DNA of 63,777 bases, filler included, from Octopus bimaculoides (lineage: Eukaryota), in assembly GCF_001194135.2 (NCBI RefSeq). It is 5 parts of 4 records of this genome, joined end to end, with 100 filler letters (N's around TTAATTAATTAA, not from the genome) between each part and the next. Parts side by side here need not be neighbours in the genome. Positions count along the whole stretch, not along the records: positions 28,304 to 56,232 come from NC_068982.1; 4 more parts are not named here. One strand, given 5' to 3'. Shown piece by piece: positions 42,201 through 52,260 of the stretch (its first letter is position 1; the number at the start of each line of letters is the position of its first letter). The notes beneath the pieces are model-generated. The model made no database searches and was not told the origin of the DNA. It worked only from the letters and a program-made list of their open reading frames with translations. A program made the position numbers and the translations under genes.

Positions 42201-45200
42201 CTATAGCCTTGAGCTGATCAATGCCTAACTTAGTGGATTGTCAAAAGAAACCAATAGAATAAGTGACAGACTTGAAAAAAATAAGTACTGAGGCTGATTT
42301 ATTTTATTAAAACCCATTGAGGCAGTACCCCAGCATGATTACAGTCCAATGACTGAAACTAGTAAAAGATAAAGATACAATTTTCCCACACTTCCATAAA
42401 ACCTATAAGCAGCTATTATTATTGTTGTTGTTGTTGTTGTTGTTAGCACTCCGTTGCTTACGATATCGAGGGTTCCAGTTGATCCGATCAACGGAACAGC
42501 CTGCTCGTGAAATTAACATGCAAGTGGCTGAGAACTCCACAGACATGTGTACCCTTAACGTAGTTCTCGGGGATATTCAGCGTAACAGTGTGACAAGGCT
42601 GACCCTTTGAATTACAGGCACAACAGAAACAGGAAGTAAGAGTGAGAGAAAGTTGTGGTACAGCAGGGTTCACCACCATCCCCTGCCAGAGCCTTGTGGA
42701 GCTTTAGGTGTTTTCGCTCAATAAACACTTACAACGCCCGGTCTGGGAATCGAAACCACGATCCTATGACCGTGAGTCCGCTGCCCTAACCACTGGGCCN
42801 NNNNNNNNNNNNNNNNNNNNNNNNNNNNNNNNNNNNNNNNNNNNNNNNNNNNNNNNNNNNNNNNNNNNNNNNNNNNNNNNNNNNNNNNNNNNNNNNNNNN
42901 NNNNNNNNNNNNNNNNNNNNNNNNNNNNNNNNNNNNNNNNNNNNNNNNNNNNNNNNNNNNNNNNNNNNNNNNNNNNNNNNNNNTATTTGTTTTCATCAAT
43001 TTCTTAAGTCGAAAAGGACATAACTCAAATTGACATATGTTGAAGTATGCCTGTGTATGTAAATCAAAGAGATCGCACATCATTTCTAAGTGAGACTTTA
43101 CCACTTCAGTCAGAGAATAACGAATTCATTGTAAGATTAATACGAAAATTATTTATTTAATAGAAAATACATCAAAACATCGCTTCATACAGCCTTATGT
43201 CCTCATTTACCTTTGCCAAACGATATATTGATAGATTGGTATTTTCACTTGGTACTAATTGCCTTTGGGTAATGTTTCTTGTTTTTATGTAGTCTTTTTT
43301 TTTTTTTTTTGCATTCTTCAAATTAATGTCCATACTTTGTGGAGATTCCTTATAGTCCAATCCACAATCATAAGACAACGTTGGACTCTGGTTTCTTTGT
43401 TTCAAAGAAAACAAGTTATACAAGGGATATAACTCTTTATATTACTCTGCATAATTTGCCTTGAATTGGAAAATAGCAAATTTCTTTTTTTGTTGTTGCT
43501 TTTTGTTTTGTATATGATTTCATAGCATCGAATTTGCCAACTGATATAATCTTTCTTCTTGGAGATGACAATATTCTTGGCTAAATAAACCAAGTAAGTT
43601 TAGTGAAGCTTTGTTTAAACTCACTTTGAAATCACTATTCTTACATTGTCAGTGACTTTGAAGTTTCAACTTGCTTTTCAGAACCCTTTTGCTGGAATGT
43701 ATGCACCACCTTGGGCAGGAATGCCTTCTCCACACAGACACATGGTAAGTTATTTCAGTTTGTACTATATGTTGCCTATAACTAATTCAGTTTACTGGGA
43801 ATAGTTGCAGATATTGTTGTATTCTAAGAGCTGAAACTCGTGAAATTTAAAATGGAAGCTCTGACATTCATATCTTCTTACCAGAGAGTGCAACCTGCAA
43901 GGTAATATCACAAGTACTGGTAGCACAAAAACAAACACCTAGTAAATGCTATAAAGTGGTTGGCATTAGCAAAGACATCCAGCCATAGAAACCCTACAAA
44001 AGGAGACACTGGTGCACAATGCAGTCTTCAGACTCATCAGATCCTGTTAAACCATACAACTCATGCCAACATGGAGCATGGATGTTAAATGTCATTGTTA
44101 TTGATGATGGAGGATGGTGGTGATGATGATGAAATTGGTAGTATGGTACTTTTGTCACATTTCAATGTGGCAATCATTCTGAGTCCCTGGTTATCTTAAC
44201 TCAAAAGTTTGTTTCATAGACAAATGTGAACACTTTGACGAATAGATTATGTGCCCAAAAGCTGGAAAAAAAGGGAGAGGGGGCGACCAAAAGAAGAATG
44301 AAATGGGGAGTATTAGAATTCAAAAGGAGGGCCATTACAAAAGTTAGGTGAATGAAGGTTCAGAAACACTGGTTCTCTGAACAAAATCTATTGTAATAGG
44401 AGATGGTAAGTCACAAATAGAAGAAACTATTATTGCTAAATAGAACGTATTTCTTATCTTGAACAGAGGGCCTTGTTACCTCATTGAAGCCTATTGATGT
44501 AACCCCATGGCAAAAGTTTGGGGAAGTAAAACAAGTAGTCACACATAGCCCCTTACTTTTGTTGGCCTTAATAACCAAAATAATCACATAAAGCTGCAGT
44601 TGCATGTTAAATAGCTTTCATCTCATAACCATCAGGTTTGGATCACATTACATTGTCATGCAAAATGCATGTAACACTACAATAATAAAACGATGACACC
44701 ACAAGGGTCAGACAGAATTTACTGAAGCAGATTTTCTACAACTGGATGTTGTTCCTGTCACCAACACTCATTCGTTTCTAAACAAGATATTTCGCAAGGT
44801 TAGGCATACTTCCTATGGAAGACTGGAAGTGAACAATATTGTTTGTATGATGCTGATACCTATTTACAACCACCACATGAAGCCAAGACACACAGAGCCT
44901 TCCTTCAGTTTCTGTCCACCAAATCCTGTCACAGGTTTTGGGTAGAGTAGAAGACACTTCCCCAAAGTACCTCACATTGGGACTGAACCCAAAACCACAT
45001 AGCTAGGAAACTTCTCAACCACACCTTTACCAACTTCATGATTATAGAACTTGTGATAGAAACTTCTCTGACAAAATTAACCTACTCACTGCTAACATTG
45101 AATAATTGATGTAACAAAACAACATTCCGCAATTTTTTTCTTTTCGTCTACACCAACTTGATAATATTTTCAAGTTAATGGGATTCTTTTTGTTTTTGTT

Positions 45201-48200
45201 TTTTTCCAGAACTTGCCAAATATTCCTCCACCACCTCCTCCAATGGCCAGCTGGGACATGGATAATAATGAAGCTCTCTGTAGTATGTTAATGTCATGGT
45301 ATATGAGTGGTTATCACACAGGATACTATCAGGTAACAGTTTCTGTTATTGTTTTTTTTTAATATAAATATGTAATTTTTCTATTGTTATTTGGGATATT
45401 TACAGTGTTTTTTGGTTTTTGTTTTTTTAACACTGGAACAAAAAAGCAAAACGTTTTTGAAGATTTCCTTACAGCCAACCATTGCCTCTGTTTTGTCTGG
45501 CAGTTAAATTACTTCCCTGACAAATCAGCGATCTGTTTTAATGATGTTGCGGTTGTTTAGCCACATTCTAATTAAAACAAAGTTTCTAAATATGATACCT
45601 GCTAATTGTTGTTTTTGTTTAGTGTCTGGTCAGCCTAGCAGACCAATTATCAAAGCATTCCAACCATGACCATTCCCTTTTATTTTTCAGACAGTCTATA
45701 TATTCATGACTACATATTACGTAGTGTGTCTTTCCTGCTTAACTTTTTTTAAGACAGTAAGATATGGTATGAAGGGAGATTTGGCTGCTATTTTTAGCAG
45801 GTCATTGGCTTGACATCTGCAAATTGCTATATTCTGTTAAAATCTACTGTTTGCTTCATCTATTATTATTATTATTTAATATTATATTCTTAACATTTCA
45901 GTTTTTGTTTTTTGGTGGATTTTTTTTCTCTCAACAACACCAGTTTTTGTCAGAGCTGAAGAAAATTTTTCAATAAGAACCAACTTAGAACTATGTTTCA
46001 GAAATGCTCCAACCATTCCTAAAATGCATAATTTTTCTTCTTCAAACAGTCAACCATCAGGAGCTAAATTCCTGGTGAGCTGCATCCAAGACTGAGTATT
46101 AACAACTCCTGGCTGTAGTAATTTCGTTTCACTTCACTTGCATAGTTTAGTGCCGTTAAGGCTTATTTGTCATGTATTCTCATTCCATATTCTTCACTTA
46201 AGAATCTTTGTGTGTTTATAATAACTTGACATCATTTAATCTTATTCCAAGGTGGTGAGTGGCAGAATTGTTAACTTGCTGGATAAAATGGTTAGCAGCA
46301 TTTCTTCCAGTTGTTTATGTTCTGAGTTCACATCCCACCAAGGTCAAACTGTGCCCTTCATCCTTTTGGGGTTTATAAAATAAAGTACCAGTCAAGTACT
46401 GGGGTCGGTGCAATTGACTTGTCCCCTACTCTCAAATTTGCTGACCTTTCACCCTGCAACAGACGAATGTCCCATTCAGAGGGAATGTTGTGATCTTGGT
46501 CAGTTATTTGTCATGGAAACCAAGTAACCAGCTTATGAATTCTCAATACGAAAATCTTACATCACCCCAACTCCTATAAACCTACTTTTTTGTCTGTATC
46601 TAATGCAAGAAATTAATACTTTTCCCCACTGAACCTTCGGTTTGCAAGACATCAGTTACATAGGGCCATTGTGTGGACACTGATACATCTAAAGATGTTA
46701 TATTAACATTTGAGAACCTTTGTTACGTCGTTTATTATCTTGTAGTAATTGTTAAAGTTTCATCATTCATGTGCAAATGTTAGCATTTGTTAAATAATCT
46801 CTCCATACGCTATTGTTGAAAATGAATGAAAGGTAGATTTTTACATGGCTGTGTGGTAAGAAGTTTGCTTCCCAACCCTATGGTTTCAGGTTCAGTCCCA
46901 CTGTGTAGCACCTTGGTCAAGTTTCTTCTTTTGCCCCAGACCAACCAAAGCCTTTGGAGTGGGTTTCATAGAGGGAAACTGAAAGAAACTCATCATGTGC
47001 ATGTATATATATATATTGCCGGACTGGCCCTCGTGCCGGTGGCACATGAAAAGCACCCACTACACTCTTGGAGTGGTTGGCGTTAGGAAGGGCATCCAGC
47101 TGTAGAAACTCTGCCAGATCAAATTGGAGTCTGGTGTAGCCATCTGGTTTGCCAGTCTCCAGTCAAATCGTCCAACCCATGCTAGCATGGAAAACGGACG
47201 TTAAATGATGATGATGATGATGATGATAGAAGGCAAAGGTAGTGGGGGTAGGGATGCCTACGACAATATTATACTGAACCAAATGCTTTATTGTAACTAG
47301 TTTGGTGCTTTAACCATTTTCAGGTTCAAATCCTGCTAAATCTGCTTCGCTTTTTTATTGGTCTTAATAAAATTAAGTATCAGCAATATGCTTTAATTAA
47401 TAACTTTCACACTAGCATTTAAACTGGCCAGATCTGGCCTCATCAAAATCTCAAAGATACGAGATAATGCATGAACAATTCAAAACAGTATGAATAAATA
47501 AGCATTGCATTTGATAGAATACTAAAGGGTTAAGGTGATGTTGTTGGCCAAGACTGTAACATGTTGGATTAGGATAAAATAGCTTGTATTTGTTCTGGTT
47601 CTCTGTAATCAGTTGAAATACCAGTCTAATACTGGGGTTGATTCTTTTCATTTTTCTCTCACTCTCATTCCCTTTGGAAGGACTCAGCTGTATTCAGCCT
47701 AAGACAAGTATTTCATGATGGTACTCCTACAATATCTATTTCTGGTAGGACGTTGACCACTTTTATTTTTACCACACTTCAGCTAAGATAGATCAGTATG
47801 ACAACCAGTTTCTCACTCTTTTGAGTATTACAGAATGCTTCCTGGCTTTTTTTTTTCTCATCTCTGTCATGTGAAACCTTCTCCCTCAAGCAATTTGGCT
47901 TTTAGTGCCCCAGCTTAGTTTAAGACACTTCTCAATTTTGGTTAAGTACCTGCCACCATCACCAACTCTCATATTACAATACCACTATGCTTCAGGTATG
48001 AGTACTAACTGACATTAGCAGCCATTTTACTAGTGGATGTAAAAGTAAAAATATGTTAACATAAGAAAACAAATTATATTTAAGTCAAGGGATAATCAAT
48101 GTCACTAGGGATTGAGGTGATCCTAATATATCAGAATAGATTAAACATCTTTTAAAAATTGTAAAAAAGCACAGACAATAACAACAGCACATACACACTG

Positions 48201-50488
48201 ATACTGAAAAAAAAAAAAGAGGGCATGGAAACAATTATATGAGTGGTTGTTGAATGAGAATTTGTATAGGAAGAGGAATTAATACAGGGGGATCCAACAG
48301 ACAGACTAGTTATTGAGGTTGACAGCTATATGGTAAAATGAGATGATAAGGATATGAAGTTAAGGAAAGCAACCTGACATATGCAATAGTTGCTTAGGTG
48401 CCAAAAAAAATCTGCAAAATAGATTGGGTATGAGCTGGTTATTTACATCGTCCATCAGAAGTGGTGGGGGATCTCAGGATGCTCACATAAAAAGATGGCA
48501 AAGGACCACAAATGCACAAATGCTGTGTGGAAATTAACTCATCTAACTTATGCTAGCATATTAAAGTGGATGTGAAAATCATGGTAATAATGGTAAAGAT
48601 ATTTAAATTTTCATTTTTTTAAAAATGAATGTAAACTCTTTGACACTGACAATGATCAAAATATAGTGAAATGTTTCCAACAAATTTTATTGATTTTTTT
48701 GTTTTTTGTTTGCTTTTGGACTACTTTCAGCACTTACAACAAAGAGTTGTCACTTTTGCAGTGTAGGATAGGGGTCAGTGAAGGAAGGACAATGTTCATA
48801 CCCTTTCTAAACTGGTGAAAGCAATAAGGATTGAGTTTGCACTTTTGTAAGGGAAATGCAAGTGGGAGTGATACTTCAGTGTTTAGATTAAAGTTCCATT
48901 TGTGATAAGTGTTTCTTTTTATTGCCTATAGCATCAATCAAATAAGCACAAGCAGTGTACAGGGTATGTGTGATACAGTTGTTTGTAACTTTACAGAAAG
49001 GTTATTGGTACCTGAGAAAGGGGAAATAATGCAGATTAGACTATTTGACATAATGACCATCAATTTAATGATCACTTTTTCATGCTCTCCTAGGTTGGCT
49101 GCAGTAGCATAGCCGGGTTCTAAAGTTAGGAGTGAGCACATAAATAAAAGGTGCTATGAGACATACCAAACAATTTTTCACACATTTCTTTAATATTACA
49201 CAAAATATTTCATTATTTATATGTAATTGTATTCTCCATTCATCCAGTGATGAGAGGTTATGACATCAGTAGACAGTTCAAAAACATGAGAGGTTGGTCA
49301 AATCAAGTAATGACCCAGAAATTTCTTCCAAGGCCTTGCAATTAACAAAAAAAAAAAGATTCAGCTTCTATTGTTCAAGTGAACTAAGTTTTAAAAATTG
49401 TTGAAAAGGCACCACCACTGGTCAAATGGAATTTGTTGACGCAGATATTTTACAGCTTGATGCCTTTCCTATCACCAACCCTTCCTTGTTTCTAAGATAG
49501 GTAATATTTCTTCATGGCCAGGCACAAGAATGGAAGCAAACAACATGGGTTATATGATGATGCTCATTTACAGCCATCACAATAGTTTTATTTACTTACG
49601 TTAGTTTAGTTTCTACTTTTTCTTTTAATTGGAAGATTACATACATCTCTATTCATGTTACAGGCATTTATTACAAATCCTTTTGCGTGAAAGGCTGAGG
49701 CTATCTCAATGGAATATGAAAATGAAACTGAATTACTATGAATCATAAATTGTTGCATTGTTTAAATTCTAAGAAATGCGAACTTGCTCACAGAGAAAGG
49801 TGCAAGTAGTAGGTTAGTAAAATAGTTCAAGCAAGAATTGAAACCTCATTGTTAATGCTGCATTAAACTACCTCACAGGTGTGACACAGTTTGGATCATA
49901 ATCTTGAATGTCACTACACTGAATATTTAAAAATAAAATATAAGGATAGCTAAGTAAAATTGCTGTCTTCCACACATACAGACTTGTCCTTTCAGGCACT
50001 GGTGTCACATAAAGGGCACCTGTTCTGGTGCTGCATAAACACATCTATACTGGTGCTGCATAAACACATCTATACTGGTGCTGTGTAAATGCACCTGTGC
50101 TGGTGGCACATAAAAAGCACCTAGCATACTCTGTTAAGTGGTCAGCGTTAGGAAGGGCATCTATCCATAGAAACCATGTCACAACAGACAGCTGGTCTGG
50201 ACAGCTCCCAGTTGGCCTGCTCCATGTCAAATCATCAAACTCATGCCAGCATAGAAAGCAAATAACGATGATGATGACGATGGGTGATAGACTGTATTTG
50301 TAACAACAGCAGACACCTTTTATATTGAATAAGCTTCAACCAGAAAATAAAAGTAATTTTTATTCTTGAAGCACAAATTTATTTTAAATTCTAAAAAATT
50401 GTTATTTAAAAGAATATTGTTTTATCTTTATTTACATATCTATGTATTTGTTTTCTATCTTCAGGGCTTAAAGAGTAAACAAAATTAA
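30159..50488 (+). CDS. SMN: Survival motor neuron protein, 8 coding exons: join(30159-30200,33943-34017,34639-34749,37224-37412,39058-39213,43682-43744,45210-45332,50465-50488); 783 nt = 260 aa + TAA
   Basis: Manual splicing gives an uninterrupted ORF: [44 protein letters not shown]...[18 protein letters not shown]...GYGNEEQ...DVQ/VDSSK...MPNGA/NPFAG...[15 protein letters not shown]...[24 protein letters not shown]. It contains the SMN signatures [16 protein letters not shown], Tudor domain and YG box. All junctions are GT-AG, phase 0. Confidence 0.95.
30601..30810. mobile_element. Telomeric-repeat-bearing foldback element in SMN intron 1
   Basis: 30601-30640 is the exact reverse complement of 30731-30770 (40 bp, includes 3 TTAGGG-type units). 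Extra direct copy taggatcgaccactcacga at 30712-30730. Terminal motif gggacc..tttagtagtacc at 30785-30809 is shared with the 61707 element. Confidence 0.8.
33299..33703 (-). mobile_element. Young full-length composite tRNA-headed SINE with internal (CA/TA)n
   Basis: Minus strand reads tgcaggagtggctgtgtggtaag..gggttcagtcccactgcg...gaaagaagcccgtc-(TA/TG)n-...gactgaaacaagtaaaagagtaaaa; CpGs intact. Confidence 0.88.
33743..33890 (+). mobile_element. Tail half of the same composite SINE, inverted relative to 33299-33450
   Basis: tccccataacttagcggttcggcaaaag...gactgaaacaagtaaaagagtaaaa. Confidence 0.85.
33943..34017 (+). CDS. SMN: SMN exon 2a equivalent (Gemin2-binding motif)
   Basis: ttgcattcacag| acceptor; [25 protein letters not shown]; AAG|GTGTGT donor; 75 nt. 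Confidence 0.97.
34133..34517 (+). mobile_element. Young tRNA-headed SINE with (CAA)n tail (possibly octopus tRNA-Arg-related OR-type), in SMN intron 2a
   Basis: A-box tggcccagtgg, B-box ggtttcgattcc, 3' caacaa; near-identical copies at 36005 and 42422. Confidence 0.88.
34639..34749 (+). CDS. SMN: SMN exon 2b equivalent (Lys-rich)
   Basis: tgtttcag| acceptor; [37 protein letters not shown]; AAG|GTAAAA donor; 111 nt; basic stretch directly before the Tudor exon as in human. Confidence 0.85.
35050..35200 (+). mobile_element. Head fragment of composite SINE (SMN intron 2b)
   Basis: gtgcaggcatggctgtgtggtaagaag...ggttcagtcccac...accaaagccttgtgag. Confidence 0.8.
36005..36343 (-). mobile_element. 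(CAA)n-tailed tRNA SINE, inverted copy (SMN intron 2b)
   Basis: I count ~13 differences from 34133-34473 over ~340 nt (~96%); tail lost in gap. Confidence 0.9.
37224..37412 (+). CDS. SMN: SMN exon 3 equivalent (Tudor domain)
   Basis: gtccttcag| acceptor; [53 protein letters not shown]; CAG|GTATAT donor; 189 nt; aromatic-cage Y/Y/Y/Y/N and E134-equivalent present. Confidence 0.97.
37537..37725 (+). mobile_element. (GAT)n-tailed RTE-type 3'-end element. Further + copies at 41755-41928, 47030-47226, 53790-54071, 59837-60167; - copies at 55981-56232, 62664-62847; diverged copies at ~43925-44130, 50090-50280, 51045-51225
   Basis: Recurrent gtgccggtggcacgtaaaagcacccactacactctc...ggaagggcatccagctgtag...gcatggaaagcggacgttaaa(c/t)gatgatgat. 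Short tandem-repeat tails are typical of RTE clade elements (inference). Confidence 0.8.
38440..38656. mobile_element. 217-bp mariner-type MITE with TA TSD
   Basis: TA|caagggagttctgaaaagttcctgg ... ccaggaacttttcagcacccccgtg|TA. Confidence 0.8.
39058..39213 (+). CDS. SMN: SMN exon 4 equivalent
   Basis: attttag| acceptor; [52 protein letters not shown]; GCA|GTAAGT donor; 156 nt. Confidence 0.85.
39880..40670 (+). mobile_element. Head-to-tail array of four diverged Nin/Deu SINEs (SMN intron 4)
   Basis: Four cctttcatcc/aagtaccag/caaaatt..ggccttgtg units separated by (ATT)n. Confidence 0.8.
41553..41745 (+). mobile_element. Nin/Deu SINE copy, directly followed by a (GAT)n-tailed element
   Basis: gaagcagtgagctggcaaaatcg...aggtcgactatgcctttc...ccttgtgccaaaatttgaa. 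Confidence 0.8.
42422..42799 (-). mobile_element. (CAA)n-tailed tRNA SINE, inverted copy (SMN intron 4)
   Basis: (TTG)n tail at 42422-42444, body complementary to 34133-34517, head runs into gap; several CpG transitions. Confidence 0.88.
43682..43744 (+). CDS. SMN: SMN exon 5 equivalent (Pro-rich)
   Basis: ttgcttttcag| acceptor; [21 protein letters not shown]; ATG|GTAAGT donor; 63 nt. Confidence 0.85.
44880..45030 (-). mobile_element. Diverged composite-SINE head fragment (SMN intron 5); a + head fragment lies at 46845-47010 (intron 6)
   Basis: cttcagtttctgtccaccaaatcc...gtagaagacacttcccc...gggactgaaccc. Confidence 0.7.
45210..45332 (+). CDS. SMN: SMN exon 6 equivalent (poly-Pro + YG box)
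   Basis: Long T-tract-ccag| acceptor; [41 protein letters not shown]; CAG|GTAACA donor; 123 nt. Confidence 0.97.
46248..46445 (+). mobile_element. Nin/Deu SINE copy (SMN intron 6)
   Basis: aaggtggtgagtggcagaattgtt...cccttcatccttttgggg...aagtaccagtc. Confidence 0.75.
47401..47533. mobile_element. TTAA-ended piggyBac-like MITE remnant; related tandem ~180-bp units at 60790-61130
   Basis: ...gaataaataagcattgcatttgatagaatactaaagggTTAA recurs as aataaataagcattacatttgatagaataatctcaatgccaaagggTTAA at ~60967-61018. Confidence 0.5.
48235..48450 (+). mobile_element. Heavily decayed RTE LINE ORF fragment
   Basis: YE.LLN.EN ... MK.RKA ... IGYELV pattern upstream of the RT domain, with many stops. Confidence 0.35.
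50465..50488 (+). CDS. SMN: SMN terminal coding exon (GLKSKQN*), exon 7 equivalent
   Basis: Long pyrimidine tract ...ttttctatcttcag|GGC TTA AAG supplies the last Gly of YxxGYxxGYxxG; TAA at 50486-50488. Confidence 0.8.
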   Translation, partial: GLKSKQN

Positions 50489-50706
50489 GACAAGACACTG
50501 TTGTGGACTGTAGGAAGATGGTGGTTTTCACTTACACATCAACTAAATCACCTTTCAGATACAAAAGGCAAGGAAAACACAATCTTCATTCAAACTGCTC
50601 TTTTGTGCCTGTCCATAATAACAACCAATTAACATTTTTCTTTGATGATCAGTGCATAAAAATGGCACAGCTTTCCTTTTTTAATCTTTCAAATTCATAT
50701 ATATAT

Positions 50707-50743
<37 letters not shown>

Positions 50744-50782
50744 AATGTAAATGTATACAACCAATACAGTTATTTTCATAGA

Positions 50783-50918
50783 AATAAATTGAATGCTTTT
50801 GTATGTTATTATATACCATATGGAGCAGAATCAATGGCTGTGATAATTGAAGTATTGGTTAAATAAATCAACATCCTAAAAACATTACCAGAAAAAGACT
50901 GTTGTATAAAGAAATAAA
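50783..50918 (+). terminator. Candidate SMN polyadenylation signals (AATAAA at 50783, 50862, 50913)
   Basis: Three AATAAA hexamers 300-430 nt after the stop, followed by T/GT-rich sequence. Confidence 0.45.
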
Positions 50919-51387
50919 TTTTTTGCTCTCTTCTTATAATTATTTTTTGTTAGTATTACAAAGGCGGTGCTCCAGCATGGCCACAGTCAAATGACTGAAA
51001 CAAGTAAAAGAGTAAAAGAGATTACATACCGGTGATAGGTAAAAGGCACCCATGCTAGTGCCACATAAAAGACACTCAGTAACACTCTGTAAAGTGGCTG
51101 GCATTAGGAAGGATATCCAGTCATAGAAACCAAGCCAGAACAGACAACTGGAGCCTGGTGCAGGTCTCTGGCTTACCAGCTCCAGTCAAACCGTCTAACC
51201 CATGCCAGCATGGAGGACGATGATGCAGCAGCAACTGTTCTCAGGTAATGATAACTTTATAGCAATTCTACATGCACTCAAGTTTGCATTCTAAGTCTTG
51301 GCATTTTTCTGCTTTTCTCATGTTCTTTGTCTACCACTTTTATATCAAATGGACAGGCAGCAATATTATTATTATTATTATTATTAT

Positions 51388-52260
51388 AGGTTGCAAGCTT
51401 GCAGAATCATTAGCATACTGGGCTAAATGCTTAGCAGCATTTTGTTCATCTTTACGTTCAGAGTTCAAATAATACCAAGGTCGACTTTGCCTTTCATCCT
51501 TTTGGGGTCAATTTAATCAACTTACCCCTACCCCAAAATTGCTGGTCTTATGCCAAAATTTGAAACCATTATTATTATTATTGAAGGCAGCAAGCTTGTA
51601 GAATTGTTAGCACACTGGGCAAAATGCTTAGCAGCATTTTGCCTGTCTTTCTGTTCCGAGAGGTCAACTTTGCCTTTCATCCTTTCGGATGAGTACTGGA
51701 GTTGATGTAATCGACTTAACTCCTCCCCCAAAATTTCTGGCCTTGTGCCAAAATTTGAAATCATTATTGTTGTTGTTGTTGTTGTTGCCGTCGTCGTTGA
51801 GGTAGCAAGCTAGCAGAATCACTTGTGCATTGAACAAAATTCTTAGCAGCATTTTTTCTAGCCTTTTACTTTCTGATCTCAAATTCTACTGAAGTCAACT
51901 TTGTCTTTCTTTCTTTTGGAGTGGATAAAATGAAGTTTCAGTTAAGTTCTGGGGTCAATGTAATCAGCTGTCCTCCTGCTCATAAAATTTGCTGGCCTTC
52001 TACTAAAATTTGAAACAGTAATTATTCTCATTTAGAGTGTTATAAAGGTGGCATGCTAACAAGAATTGTTAGTACACTATGTAACGTGCTTAGCAGCATT
52101 TCATCCATCTTTATATTCTAAGTCTAAATTCTACCGAGGTCGACTTAACCTTTCATCCTTTTGGGGTCCATAAATTAAGTACACGTAAAACACTGAGATC
52201 AATGTAATCAACTAGTCCCCTCCCACCAAAATTTCAGGCCTTGTGCCTTTAGTAGAAAGG
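51388..52260 (+). mobile_element. Head-to-tail array of four diverged Nin/Deu SINEs downstream of SMN
   Basis: Monomers at ~51388-51570, 51585-51765, 51800-52020, 52045-52260, separated by (ATT)n/(GTT)n. Confidence 0.82.

Noticed and set aside
49662-49690. Alternative last-exon acceptor gttacag|GCATTTATTACAAATCCTTTTGCGTGA (AFITNPFA*)
   Set aside because: Weaker pyrimidine tract and it does not supply the conserved YG-box Gly; 50465 is far better.
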